A stretch of DNA of 64,000 nt from assembly GCF_037042905.1 (NCBI RefSeq), contig NC_087251.1, positions 17,734,001 to 17,798,000 of the forward strand, read 5' to 3'. The DNA is from Lytechinus pictus. Its lineage: Eukaryota. The translations under genes were made by a program, and so were the position numbers. The notes under the pieces were generated by a model that was not told where the DNA came from, did no database searches, and saw nothing but the letters and a program-made list of their open reading frames with translations. This document shows, piece by piece, positions 21,147 to 35,188 of the stretch (position 1 is the first letter of the stretch; each line of letters starts with the position of its first letter).

Positions 21147-21716
21147 AGGACAAGTCCACCCCATCAAAAAGTTGATTTGAATAAAAAGAGAAAATTCCAA
21201 CAAGCATAACCCTGAAAATTTCATCAAAATCGGTTGTAAAATAAGAAAGTTATGACATTTTAAAGTTTTGCTTAATTTCACAAAATAGCATATGCACATC
21301 CTGGTCAGTGTGCAAATGAGGAGACTGGTGATGTCATCCACTCACTATTTCTTTTGTATTTTATTATATGAAATATGGAATATTCTCCTCATTGTCAAGT
21401 GAAACAACGATAAATTCCTCCCTGAACCTGTTGAATTAGCATTGTTTGATATTATTTGGTTCAGTCAAGTTGGTCCTTATTGTCAAATGTGTAAAAAAAT
21501 GAAATATTGTATAATTCAAACAATAAAAAACAAAAATAGTGAGTGAAAGACATTGACTGTCTCATTTGCATGTCACTGAATTGTGCACATCACTGTTTTG
21601 TGAAAAATAAGCAAAACTTCAAAATGTTATGACTTTTGATGAAATTTTCAGCAGGATGCTAGTTTGATTTTTCTCTATTTATTCAAATCAACATTATTCT
21701 GGGGTGGACTTGACCT
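21147..21716. mobile_element. Complete Kolobok-like MITE (TTAA TSD, AG...CT termini)
   Basis: TTAA|AGGACAAGTCCACCCCA ... TGGGGTGGACTTGACCT|TTAA, with subterminal inverted blocks. Confidence 0.85.
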
Positions 21717-23935
21717 TTAAATATACGAGTAAATATTTGCCTATGGATTCCCTTTGAATTGGGACAGTCAACCAACACACCTTTGCAAAGGCTGTAAATG
21801 CCAAACTTTTCCTTCCAGCTCAATTGAATAAACATAGTAAACAACATTTTGAATTTTGTTGAATGGTGTAATGATCACATGTTTAGCTTGGCTCATCCTA
21901 TTGCATCATTACATTCAAATCAGCCATGGTCCATTGAGTATACCCCCCAAAAAATAGATAAAGTACAAGAACTCAAAGATATAAATTAGATTTCATTTCC
22001 TCTTCCAGGAATACTGCAGTAAACATCACAGCAACCATATTTTTTTTTTTTTTTTGAAATTGTTATCTAGTAGTTTTGTTAACCCTGACAACTGTCCCCT
22101 GTTTTTGTACATTGCCCTTGGACTTGAGCACTCTTGAGTGAGATCTCAAATGATGTTTAAATGACATTTACTGACATTTGTTGTTGATTTAGTTCAGTAC
22201 TATTAAAGGAGCAGTATTTTGCTCGAGACTGCATGACAGATATATCAAGACAGATGCCCAAGCACTATACATGTAAACAATATCTCAACTTGTGATTCAC
22301 AAGTAAATTAACAACCATCTATTCCTGGAACAGAATTGTATGTAGATGTCAACTGCTGCATACTTCTATGTTTTAGACAATGTCTGTTGTTTACATGTCA
22401 GCAGACTTGCAACCTTTAGGAGCGTGCAACCTTGGATCAAATGTGTCAAGGTTTGGAACAAACATGATTTCTGCTGTCTTTACCCATCTCATTGTTCATC
22501 TTACTTGGTAAACAACTCCACCTACATTTAAAGTTTGTTGTGAAAAGTTTTTTTCAATTCATATCTCAGTAAGTATGCCAAGAAATATAAGTTTATTCTG
22601 GAATTTATTAACAAGTAGTTGGGTACAATATTCATGTATTTTCTTATGTTATAATGCAAGTGTAATTGAGATATATATGTATACAATATAAACTTGTAAA
22701 TAGATATTTTTGTACTGCGAAGTTCTGTGTGTATCTAAGATCAAGGTTATGGAACAAAGGCTGGCTATATGTGTACCTGAAATAATATTTCAATGTAAGT
22801 TATGATAGTTTTCTGACTGATATATTGGTCTAACAGAATATTGGCATTTAATGTTAAAATCACTGCTCCCTATTTTCAATCTGTTCAATTAAAAAAAAAG
22901 AAAAAAGAAAATCTCCAATCCACTGTTTGGTATGCTATGCACCTGCCCATATTCTTCTGTTTATTTACTATATTTTATTTACATTCAAATTGAAAATTAA
23001 TGAAAGGGACTGCCATCTCACTTCAGATTTAGATTGAAATATGTGGTTAGAGAGGGAAAAAAAATTTGTTGTTATAATGTGAGGCAACTTTTTTCATAAT
23101 TTTCAAGTATTTCTTGCCGGTAGAATATTCTCTGTTATATGTGTCACTGTGATATTATGCAGTTCTAAGGCACCCTCCATTAGTTTTTTTTTTTTTTTTA
23201 TCATAGCTTGTAACTATCCTTTGTCTCATCCAATGTAGGTTTTGAATTTCAGCCTTAAAAATCCTGAAATCATGTTTCTCAGGTTCCAAGTAATAGGGGC
23301 AGTAAATTATTTAATTTGTCAATTTTCATATGAACAAAGAAAATGCTGTAATGATACAAGGATGTATGGAAATATGAGTAGTACACATTGTAGTACCCAG
23401 TGTTAGTGAAGATGGAAAGTGGCCTCATATTTCACTGTCAAAACATATTTTCCATGTCACAATCATCTAACCAGATATTTGCCTGTCGTCAGAAGAAATA
23501 TGTTTGGACTCTATCCTTTTTAGCAAAAAAAGAAACCATAATTTCAGATCACTTTATCACAACTGCTCAATTTAGAAATTGCTCATATCATTGCCCCCAC
23601 CATCACCACGCTAACGTTGAACATATTCATGATATTTGCTACATCTATTTCAGTGTGGGTTGTTGCCTTAGACAATACCTTGAAAATCAGCATTTTTTTT
23701 CCTTTGAGTAAAATGATCATTATTACAAGATAACAATGTTTCATGTAAGTACGTAGAGTCAGTGGTGTGAATATTATGTTTGTGTGGATATGTATATGGT
23801 CATGAATTTGTTGTATAACCCTATAGATATAAATTTTTGTAGAAGTTGTCGATAACCAAACTGAAAAAAAAGGAATGTATGTAAATGATCTAATGTGGCA
23901 TTGAATTGGTTATAAAAATATTAAATCCCTTTTTC

Positions 23936-23941
23936 AATAAA
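23936..23941 (+). terminator. Candidate distal poly(A) signal of LC3C
   Basis: AATAAA followed by a T/GT-rich downstream element (TTTTTGTGTC), at the end of a long exon-free AT-rich stretch. Other AATAAA hexamers exist upstream. Confidence 0.3.
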
Positions 23942-24657
23942 AAATATTAATATATATTAAAGTAATTTTTGTGTCACTGACGCTTATTTCCTGTTAATTT
24001 CTGTTAGCTGCTTTCCTGAGCGACATTCAGTAGGCATATCTCTCTATGCCTATATAGCACTTTGAGAGCATTGTGTTGTGCCCAATTTCTGACCACAAAA
24101 CAACCTGAATAGGATTTTCCAGGTCAATTTTCCCCAATTGGCCTTGACAAGGTAGGCCCCAGAGGAAGAGGTTTTTTTAAAACAGATATATGCTTATTAT
24201 CTGCATGGACCTAGGTCCATGTTATCTGTGACACCATTAGGTCCATGATAATACCATGGACCTACTAGAACAACCCCATGTTGTGTCTGTTCACCTCTCT
24301 CTCTCTTTAAAAATAAAATATAAAATCTTTGATAAAATCATATTACCCAGCAATGTTAGATATTCCAGATGAATGCTGAAAACATACATGTAGCCCTACA
24401 TTGGTTTCCATAAAATGAGTTCATTTAATATTGTTTCTTGAATATTTTTTTTTTAAACCTGCTTTGTTTCTAATTCTCTTTTTCAATCTAAGTACAAATT
24501 ATTATTTTCAATTTTATTTACTTGAAGGTAACAAAAATAAATCACAATAAATCATTTAAATTAAGATCTAAAAAAACAACAAGAAATAAGTGAAAGAAAA
24601 CTTGTATACAAAAGTCCCCTCCCATGAAACGGGTTTTACAGGTAAAAAAAATGGTTA

Positions 24658-25130
24658 CACTTCGTAATTCCGAAACACGCAAATTGCCTATACCTCGATG
24701 TTTGTTAATCCGAAAACGTAAAAGGGTTCGTTAATCCGAACATTTGTGGCGCTATTCCGAAGGTTCGATAATCCGAAAACGAAATAAGGTTCGATGTTCC
24801 GAAGGTTCGTTAATCCGAAAACGAAATAAGGTTCGATGTTCCGAAGGTTCGTTAATCCGAAAACGAAATAAGGTTAGTTAATCATTTAGTTTTCGGACTA
24901 CCGAACCTTCGGAATTACGAACCTCATTTCTTTTTCGGATTAACGAACCTTCGGAATTACGAACCTCACTTCGTTTTCGGACTAACGAACCTTCGGAATT
25001 ACGAACCTCATTTCGTTTTTGGACTAACGAACCTTCAGAATTACGAACCTTCGGAAATACGAACCTTCCGAATAACGAACCTTCCGAATAACCGAACCTT
25101 CGGAATAACGAAGCTTCGGAATTACGAATG
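24658..25130. mobile_element. TA-flanked foldback element built from short tandem modules
   Basis: TA|CACTTCGTAATTCCGAA ... TTCGGAATTACGAATG|TA. About 42-bp units on the left arm are inverted relative to ~42-bp and ~14-bp units (CGAACCTTCGGAATA) on the right arm. Confidence 0.8.
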
Positions 25131-25900
25131 TATGCGAAAAAAACAACTTGAGTCTTGGTCAGTCGGTTGAAATATATTAACAGAAACCATCTAACTTGAA
25201 TGCAACAATGGCTGTTGGGTGGAACATTCTCGCTCACCAGTGCTAAAAGTACTGTCAGGGAATATATATTCCTTCCTTTGAAAAGAAGCTTGAGATGATC
25301 AAAACTGAATGCAAATATGTTCTTGAAGAGTGAAGACAAGAAAAAAGTGTAACATCTTTAACTAATTACAGTATAACTAAACAGAGAAAGGGGGCAAGGA
25401 AGGGAGAGAGAGGGGGGGGGGGGTGCTGGAAGAGGGAGAACTAGTGAGAGAGATATGAATTTAGAGTAGTCAATTATTCCTCTATATTATTGGACTGCAA
25501 TTCACTAATTCAAATAGAAATTACAATTCTTTGGTAGTTGAGGTAGAGGGTGGCAATTCCCCCATTATCTTGCACCCTGAACCATTCTCGCTATCATTAT
25601 CTAACAGTTATGAGATTTCTATATCATTGTCATATTCTATACGTAGGCCTCCTACTCATTTCCTATTTTCTTTCGTAATAGGATGTTCCTGTGCGTTATG
25701 TTTTCCAAGAGTGAAAACATATTGGTTAGATTGTCTATTGGTTCATTTACTTTCTATTATAAACCCAACATGAATCATTTTTTTTCTGGTTTAAGCTGGT
25801 TTTGTGGACCCTATCTCCCACATGATATTCAGGCATACAAATTGTCCTAAAAGCTCATTAAAAGAAACAAACTAGGAAAAATGATGTTTCTACCCTTTAA

Positions 25901-26292
25901 AGGGGAAGTCCACCCTCAGATGAATTAATCATGTCGATAAGAGCAATACAATGAGAGGATCATATCCATCAAATAATGGTAGGTCAAAGTTTTGATTTTG
26001 TGAGCCAAATTCTTTAAATGGATGAAGTGCCCTTATCTATAAAAAGAAAATAACAAAATTTTATATAAGCTTTTGACGAAGGCCTGTAAATAGAAACCTT
26101 AGTACACATGATTCTATCAAAAATATATTGGATCATGATCACAATTTATTGATTTTACATGGCATAATAATGAGAGCTGATCGCATGTTGTGTCACAAAA
26201 TGATTAACAGCTTTGCTAATCTTTGTTGGACTTAGCTGGTTTATTTACTCCTTTTATTAAAACGAAGTTGAGGTCTAGGGTGGATTTCCCCT
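25901..26292. mobile_element. Kolobok-like MITE
   Basis: TTAA|AGGGGAAGTCCACCC ... GGGTGGATTTCCCCT|TTAA. Confidence 0.75.
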
Positions 26293-26453
26293 TTAAATAA
26301 AATTATTTCTCTCTAACATGGGTCATGACATTGCAATTGTGGACCTATGAATTTAAAGTATGGTCAAAGTATTTTTATACTATATATTTAATATGATAAA
26401 TACAAAAGCCCCCCCCCCCCCCTGCATAATTGGCAACCTCCAAAATGGTTCAG

Positions 26454-26618
26454 GGGGTCGTTTCATAAAGCTGTTCGTAAGAGCGACTTTAAGAACGACT
26501 GGTGATCCTTTCTTGTGGTAAATTATATTTTCATTGGCGATGGTTTAGCGCGTAAGAAAGCTTCACCAGTCGTTCTTTAAGTCACTCTTAACTTACAAAT
26601 AGCTTTATGAAACACCAC
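26454..26618. mobile_element. Short palindromic MITE, CAG TSD (Harbinger-like)
   Basis: GTTTCATAAAGCT...GAACGACTGGTGA is mirrored by TCACCAGTCGTTC...AGCTTTATGAAAC; CAG flanks. Confidence 0.75.
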
Positions 26619-28199
26619 CAGGAGTGAAGTGAACTTGCTACCCTTATGTTATTTATTACACTACAAAGTAAAGACACATGAAAAGATAATAATTTTATCT
26701 GTTGTCATCATTGATCATTTTACATCTAACTATTACTTAATAAAATAACATGCAGTTTTGAAAAAAAAGAAAAGGGAACAGAAGAAACTTGAATATCCTT
26801 CTATTCTCTAAATATCATGTCGAAATCTATCACAAAATTATATTTTTGTATAAAAGAAAAATCATTTTTTGCCTGACTCGCTTTGATCAGAGAGCATTCT
26901 AGAAATTTTGCCCAATACACTGTGACTGGCCCCCTCAAAATGTTTGGCTCATTGCGCCACTGCACCCCATCTCTATTTATTTCTGTCTTTCCCTCTCTTT
27001 CACACACACACACTCTCCCCCTCCTCTCTCTGAGACTCTGTCCCTTTCTCATCTGCTCTCTCTGGAATAGAACATTTGCTCTGAAGTGGAATTTGGTACC
27101 TTAAAATGATCTCATGATTATTTATAATAATAATCACGAGTTCATACCTCATTTCAAGAATCAGTAGAAGTGCTGGTATACAGGGTTAAAGAGTTGTTTA
27201 CTTAAAAAGAAAATGTCTATCATACTCATTGCTACATTCATCTACTCTCTAGAATAAAAAAAAATGCCTTACAAACTTGCATATATGTCCCCAAAATACT
27301 TGAATAAGAAAATTAATAATTACATTAGATATTTTAAATACTTGATTCATAATTCTCTGGTAATGATAATCTAAGAAATTCAGATTAATGTCCAAAATGA
27401 AAAAAATTCTTCATTTGAAATTGAATCTGCCTAAAATCACAAGAAAGAGAATCATGAAATTTATGTCTGTTCTGGCCTACAAGCAATAATTAATGCCATC
27501 AACCAAAAACTCCCCCCTGAAAAAAAATGAAAAAAAAATGAAAAAAGATGTCTTGGAATAACTCTCCATTGTAATTAGGTGATTAATTCAACATGTGGTC
27601 TAATTTTCTCTCCCTCTCTTCTTCCAGTGTTTTGGAGAAAAGAAATGGACAGAGAAAATCTATAGGAACTGACAAAAAATGAGCTATGAGGCAATATTAA
27701 CATGCACTGTAATAAAATATTTTGACATTTACACAGGGTTTACATGTCAACATTTACATCTTCGCCTAAAGTCAATAATAAGCTGGCTTGATATTGGTAA
27801 TAAGAAGAATCAGATTCTGATACTTATCATGATGTTTACTTTTTTCTACACAAAGGTGTCTTCTCCATTTTTTGGGCCAGATTAATAGGTTCTACTTTGT
27901 CTCAAAATAAATAGATAATGTGTACCTTTAAATCACAATTAAAAATTATCATAAATGCATATTTTAGAATAATAAGAGGATTGGGACCTGTAAAAAAATT
28001 AGAAAACTTTTAACTGTCAATATTATAGGATTTTTATAGTCTTGAATATTTTTTAAAGGCTGATATTGTTTTAACACATTGGAATTTTGGATTAACTTAC
28101 ATCTCACCTGTAAAAATGGGAGAAAGGATAGGTCATGAATACTAGTATACAGGCTCAAGGCAATTTAATCTGGGTAGTGAATTGTTTGAAAGCAGAAAG

Positions 28200-28713
28200 A
28201 TATGATGGCAATAATAAAAAAAACCTGATTAAGTTCAGAAAAAGAAGATTAAAGTTATGACATTTTAAAGATTTACATTATTTTGGTGAAACAGTTCTAT
28301 TCATGTCTTCATGAATATTCAATGGGCAAACTGATGATGTCATATCCTCACTTGTTCTTTTGTATTTTATTATATGATATTATGCTTATTCAATTTTTTC
28401 TCCTCCAAGAATTCAAAAAAATCTATTAACAAGTTATTGAATGCATTAGATATTCATTGCTGCAACTTATTTTAATATAAAGGAGACATATACACACGTA
28501 TGAAAATATGAAATAATTAAATAGAGGGGGCATGACATCATCAGCCCACCTTATGAATATTTATGATGTGCATATAACTTTTTCACAAAATATTGCTAGA
28601 ATTTTCAATTCAATAACTTTTTGTTTGTTATCAGATTTTTTCCCCAGCATTTTGCTAGGTGAAATTTTACTCTATTTATTTGGATATCATTATTTACAGC
28701 CTGGAGTACCCCT
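28200..28713. mobile_element. Partial Kolobok-like MITE
   Basis: Right end CCTGGAGTACCCCT|TTAA; internal TGATGATGTCAT / ATGACATCATCA inverted pair as in the other family members. Confidence 0.5.
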
Positions 28714-31383
28714 TTAAGATTTTCATGGCTGTCAAAAATAATTCAGCAAAGTAACAAAAATGCTTGAACATTCCCAAAGATCATACCACTCCTTAACTAT
28801 GATAACATAGCATTGATATCATGACACATTTATAATAATAGATTCCTGTTAATTCCCAGTGATCTTTGGAACCAAGAATGACAATGAAACATTCCTACAG
28901 GAAGAGGAAGGAGAGGGGAAGAAGGGAATAGAGAGATACGGGGGGGGGGGGGGGGGGAGAGAGAGAAATGTAGAGAGTGGAGGGGGAATAAGGAGGTGAA
29001 GATAGGCGATAGCAATCAATTAGCTATTTTATTTTCAGCCTCGATTGCACCCCACATTAATGAGTTTATCATATTAAGACATTCACACATTTATTGTCTT
29101 CCACCAGCTTCAATGTCAGACAATGTGAATAGTGGGCATGAACTGCCACCATAGCATACTTTAGCTTACAATATAAAGCAAGAAAAGCCAGACCCATAAC
29201 CCATTTCTGAGCAAAGCTGTATACCAGTTCATCCAGAGATTCAGCTTAATTTTTTGAAAAGACAAACAACCATTTTGAATGGATATGCATTATGTACATG
29301 ATGTGCCCGAGGCTCAAACCATTGTAATTTTTTGTGAAAATGTCAATTCGTGGGCAATTTATTACCAGTTGAATGGCGCTGAATTCAAGGTGATAGCCTG
29401 GATATCAGATTTCAGTTTCAAGAGCATGGCTTAAAGGGTATCCATACCCTCATTTTTTTCTTCATTTTCTTGACAAAGTCAGTTTTGAAACAAACAGGAT
29501 TAAAAAAAAAAAAATGGCCAGAGCATTAACACCCCTTACATGCATGTCACTATTCCAGTCCTATAGTAGATTACAAGAATGTGTATGCCCTAAAGAATTA
29601 TGATGTGGAGGATATGAAAAAAAAAATGTTATTGGATAAATTTTGTGATTTCGCATGTCATCATTTTAGGTAGGGAAGCTTACAAATTTGTTCCAATATA
29701 AAAAAATGACTAATTTTTCTTTTCTCAATGCGTTTTACTCAGGTTTTTTTTAAAGAGGACATATAACAATATACTATATATCTTATATTTTGACTTGGCT
29801 GAAGAAAAACATACTGGTACATTGTTTTTAGGAGAAAACTACAAACTCCTGAATATTAAGTACATGGATGAGCTATTACAACTTGACAATTAATCTACTC
29901 GCCAATTTGCCAGTTGGGATTTACGTAGTCATAGGTCGACCTCATATTTGAAAAAGCTGTTTTTCAAACTTTCACCATTCCATTTTCCCTATTTTTAATT
30001 CTTCCAAACATTTTATGATAATCATCAAAGCTGGTAATGAATTAATATTGTCACATGTGAACAACAACATCAAAAATAATGATAACAACAATAAAAACAA
30101 GAGATATAATAATGATAACAACAGAATAATGATCATAACTTTCACCAACAAACCCAAACACCATTGTATCCACCTGCACACCATCACAACCCTTACCCCA
30201 TGATAAAACCTACAATATCACTAAAAAATTAACACCTTACAAACATCCTACCAACAATAGCAACATGTCACTGAAACATCAGGATGTAATGGCAACAACA
30301 CATATGTACAGAATACAATACGGATAAGGCATTTAATCTTTCTTTTTTTTAATTAAACAATACAAAACTTATTTTTTATACAATTCTTTTGCTGTACACT
30401 GCTTTCAGTCTATAATACATATATATATGGAAGGTCATATAACTAGTTCATAGTGAATCCAAGGTGCATGAAACCACACATAAAATAATTCAATCAAGCA
30501 ATTCCATATACATGTACCTTTAATATGGTATACAAAAGATATGGACATAAACAATTTGAAAATACATTGCTATAATGGACCTTAGACCCCCCCCCCAAAA
30601 AAAAAAAAAAAAAAAAAAAAAACAACCTACAAACAAGGCACCAAAACTACTCTTTTAAGTTTGTATCAACCATAAAACTGAATCCTTCAGTCAAGCAGCA
30701 AAAAGTTTTATTGTTATAATAGCAGCCAGGATTAGATCCAATAGTTTGGACTGAATAACACACCCACTGCACTTGTGATTGTTTACCATCCCTTAAAAAA
30801 TAGACATGATTTTGAAAAATGATAAGGGAGTAAAGAAATGATAATTTTGTATAGTACTTTGGATAACACAGATTCAGACAACCTTGCAAAAGTAACAAAA
30901 ATAACATGTTGAAATGTTGATTAAAATAGAAGTATTCATTAATGATGAACAATGAAAAATATCATCATATATTTATTGTTTTGTACATACGTACTTATGG
31001 CTTGGACATTTCCAAATATATATTTTTATCTCTTGAATTAATTTTCTAAGTTATTGGATTAAAGCTAAATTTCCTCAAACAATACATAGATTTATATGAA
31101 AGTTTGATGACCTTTTTCCTTGGCATTTCTCACCATGTACTGATTTTTAACTGGAGTGCAACTTTATGATAGCATGTTTTTATCTAATTTATTTTATTGT
31201 GACACATTTTAGATGGTGCCTTAATGCCAACCCAGCCATGAAAAATACATGTAAATCACATAAAATTGAAAAAATTCACGATAATTAGAATTTGAATAGT
31301 TATGACCAGGCAACAAGAATCTTGCATTCCTATAGAAAAGATGTTAATTCTTCATAGCTAGCATGCCTAAACTTCTTGTAATT

Positions 31384-31770
31384 TATTATTATTATTATTT
31401 GACGTCACCTGTGCCTGGGAGGCAAAAATCGAACTGAATCACTATGACCTGCATGTATCTCCTCCCAAAATAACTTATTGGGGGAGTGCAGGTGGACCAC
31501 TACACTGGGGTTTCCCCCTTCTCTTCTACGAATAGTGCAGTGGGTTCTTATCGTGCAAAGGTGGTGACTCTCCTCTACACGAGGCCTCCATTTAACATCT
31601 TATCCGAGGGATGGAGTGTTTTCCACTGTAACATAGCCTGCATCTATGGAACAGGGGAGAGACATTTATACACAACACATGCTTCAGTCATCTGCCCGGG
31701 TTGGACTCGAACCCACGACCATTGGTTCGACAGGCAGATGCTCCACCAACTGAGCCAACTTCACTCTCAC
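31384..31770 (-). mobile_element. tRNA-derived SINE with (AAT)n tail
   Basis: On the minus strand: A box TGGCTCAGTTGG and B box GGTTCGAGTCC in a tRNA-like head, a ~300-bp body and an (AAT)n tail at 31384-31400. Confidence 0.8.
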
Positions 31771-32859
31771 ACATTTGCTTTCACACTGCAGAAGTGACTT
31801 TGACCTTGACGAGATCACTGCAAACAGTTCTTGTAATATTTAAGAGAACTTGTATTTTCTTTCAATGCTTTACAAGTACTTTGCTTTTATACAAACAGCA
31901 CACCATCTATTTTTCTGATCTGGGTAAGAATTCTTGTTCAGAAAATACCAGGTATTTTTTGGGTGTGATTTGGAGAGTATGAAAGCTCCTGATAAAATGG
32001 GTGTCTGTGGTTGAACTGATAATCTCTAACCATATGGAAAATTATTTTATTTGAATCAAGATAGGATTGAAAATGACATCGCATGGTAGGCAGCAGTAAG
32101 AATAAATTTCTTTACTAAGGGAATACATTAAATAATTTCAAGGTTTAGTAATGCATGCATAAATTGACCTTAAATTATCGCTATTAAAATCAGAGCAATT
32201 TTTCAGACCAGATTGTGCAAAGCATGTGTTATTTCCCCCTTTTTTCAAACAGGTTTCAGTTGTCCCAAGATATTCCACTTAAAGGGGAGAGAAGTGACCA
32301 ACACTGCATGGTATCTATTTGACTGTGTGTTATAAAAAACTAAAGTATACATTTTGAGATAACTATTAGTATTAAATACAGAGAATTTTTTTTTTTCTAT
32401 TTGTTAAGAGAAACCAAAATGTTTTTAAAAGAAAAGTACTTATTATGCTTAGTATAATTAATGAGAAATAAATTTATTGAGTAGTGATTTGGTGTGTTCA
32501 AGTGGGCCTATATCACATGGCTACATGTACTGCTCAGAATATTGCATTATGGGTAATGAACCTGCCTATATATGAGTAGTTGAGAACAAGAGGTGGGGCT
32601 ATTAAAGCGATTGAATTGTACGCCATTTTAATTGGCAGAATCATTTGTGTTTGACTAACTTTGACTACAATACACAAGTGTAAACAAAATACTCGACAAC
32701 ACCCCTTGCCACTCCCCATCCCTCCTTCAATTAACTGATTTTGGATAATCAAATATTCAATGTTCAAATAGCCTATTTCTTTTAGAAGGCAGCATGTGAC
32801 TGACTTGGTTTGAGAAAATCTATAGGATTGTAAGAAGTCTCAAAGTGGTCTACAATAAT

Positions 32860-33018
32860 TCCGCATTATTACCCTGCCAGGCACCCATTTACCTCTCCTG
32901 GGTTGAGTGCAGCATAATGTGGATAAATTTCTTGCTGAAGGAAATAATGCCATGGCTGGAATTCGAGCCCATGATCCTCTGATTGAATAGCAAAGGGTCC
33001 TAACCACTAGACCGTGAC
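32860..33018 (-). mobile_element. tRNA-derived SINE fragment (SURF/Deu-SINE-like)
   Basis: Minus strand GGTCTAGTGGTTAGG...GGGCTCGAATTCC head followed by the body TTCCTTCAGCAAGAAATTTATCCAC...CTCAACCCAGG..GTAAATGGGTGCC. Confidence 0.7.
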
Positions 33019-33280
33019 ATACCTACAAAAGCTCATACAAGAGCTTGCTATCTCAATAAATGGGTTGGTAGAACCTGTAACATTTCATAATTTATGAATA
33101 TTTGTTGCTATTATATAAAAAGATTTTGTTGACAATGAGTTGGTGAGCCAGACAGAATCAATGCAATGATAAACCCATCATAACAATGAAACAAAAATCC
33201 TTGTGCTCATACCGGCATGATATGGAACAAGAGGAATGGGATCAGACAATTATGACTGAAACTTGCCGAAACTTAACCTG

Positions 33281-33409
33281 GGCCCTGTAACACAAAACTT
33301 ATTGCTTGATCATAGGGCTGATTTTATGCTTGATTACAGTGAGCATTTTGTGCAATCAATTGTATAAATCACCTGTAGGATTAATAGCTAAGCTTTGTTT
33401 TACAGGGTC
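33281..33409. mobile_element. Degenerate short CWG-type MITE
   Basis: GGCCCTGTAACACAAAACTTA ... TAAGCTTTGTTTTACAGGGTC inverted ends. Confidence 0.5.
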
Positions 33410-35116
33410 TTGATGTCTTGATTTCATGTACATAAATACTTGACCTCGTTTGAGAGAGAGAGGGAGCACACCTGTTTTAGAGTTCTGATGTAATAATGAT
33501 GTCAACAATTTTTTTCCTGTATTGGATAGTGTCTCAGCGGAGCATGATGAAAAACATCCACAGCCGAATTGCAAGTTTCATGTGACTGCATGTAGAGCAT
33601 TGCATGCGACTAGCTGTGACTGTTGATAAATTTGAATGATTTTTGCTGAAAAAGTATGTGAGTGGAAATGTTGAATAATGTTTTGTTCGATGTTATCATG
33701 CAATTTAGACAATATGAGATCACAGTTTCCCAGTTTCATGCCAGTGCCGATTATCCTACAGTTGAGGCTCCTTACAACCTCAAAGTTTGGTGTAAAGCTT
33801 CATGTAAAGATTTTACATAGGAGTCATCATCACTGGAACAAAAGTTTTTGAACCAATCTCCCATTCCGACTTGCCATTCATCAAAAGGGGTTAATAAATA
33901 TAATAATCATTGAATGGAATTTGGAAATTGAATGTTTCTGATTTTATGAGGTTGAGAATTATTTTACTAAAACGAAATTTGACTTTGAAATAATTCATTG
34001 ACCATATATACATATAACACATAAAATGTTCACCCTTATCCCCCTCCCTTCAAAAGGAGAGTAGGAACAACAGACATAGCAATGAGATTTTTACCAAGGT
34101 ACTTGCATAATCAATCGTTGGATTACACTTCATCATGGGGTGGCCCTGGACACTCATTTCTTCATGAATAAACAATGGACCATAACAAGAGCAGTGCCTA
34201 GACATGTTTTCCAGCTTGTGACCAGTGGATGAATGGATGAATAGAACAGAGAAAAGAGTGAGGCAGGCCTTGTTACGGTTGAAGAGTTCCACTGAGCATT
34301 GAATAGGGGATCCAGTGATACATGACGATGTAATCATGTAAACAATGAAGCATGAGTGAATGGTTTAACAGTCGACTTCTGAAGAAAATACATCCTTCAG
34401 GATTTTGTTTATTCATGGTCTGGTAGTCTTCAATATTAATAAATAACATTACAGCTCTGTTGAAAGTATGAAAATCAGATTAGCTAGGCTACTCAGGTAA
34501 TCCCTGCATTGGACACACATGGTAAAAATGAATGAATAAGCAATATACAGGCACTGGAAGATTTTTTTGTTCCTCTTTATTAAAAACAAAAAAAATTGAT
34601 CAAGAGTTAGTGCTTGTTCTTTTCATTTTTTTCCATAATTGTGTTTAGTACAAGGATCCACTTGCGTTGATTTGAATGGTATTGTTGCAATTGAAAAAAA
34701 AAGAGAATGGAAAAGAAATACCAATCTGATCATGAAAGATTAGAATACAGTTTCACTAATACAAATTTCCTGTTTCAGATTTTAAGAGCTTACCTACTTT
34801 ATTATTTTGGTGAATCATTGCACTGTGAAAAAAGGATTTATCACAAGGACAGATAGATTTTGAGAGAGAGAAAGAAAGAAAGAAAGAAAGAAAGAGAAAG
34901 AAGGGCGGCACCACAGGGGGCTTGTGATCGACTGCCCCCTGTGCCTATGATTTTGCAAGTAGGGGAAAAAAGGGGGGAAAGGGGAGAAAAAGACAAAAAG
35001 AGGAATAAAAATAAAGGAAGAAAGAGAGGTCTCGGCTGTGTAATTCAATCAAGTACTTGTTTGGATTATTGTTGATCAGTTTTGCTGTTTGTAGCATGTT
35101 TACTTTGTAACCTTTA

Positions 35117-35188
35117 TTGTAAAGCGCGTAGAGAAACTTACAGTTTATTATACGCTATATAAGAAAAGTATTATTATTATTATTATTT
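35117..35188 (+). mobile_element. L2-type retroposon 3' tail remnant
   Basis: TGTAAAGCGCGTAGAG...ACGCTATATAAG followed by (ATT)n. Confidence 0.55.

Noticed and set aside
24878..25339. 153-aa ORF with RNSEGS repeats and a CRISPR-like look
   Set aside because: It is the translation of tandem modules in a TA-flanked foldback element. There are no unique spacers and no cas genes, and the context is eukaryotic.
31695..31770. tRNA gene
   Set aside because: A and B boxes are present, but the head continues into a SINE body and (AAT)n tail, and no clean cloverleaf is evident.
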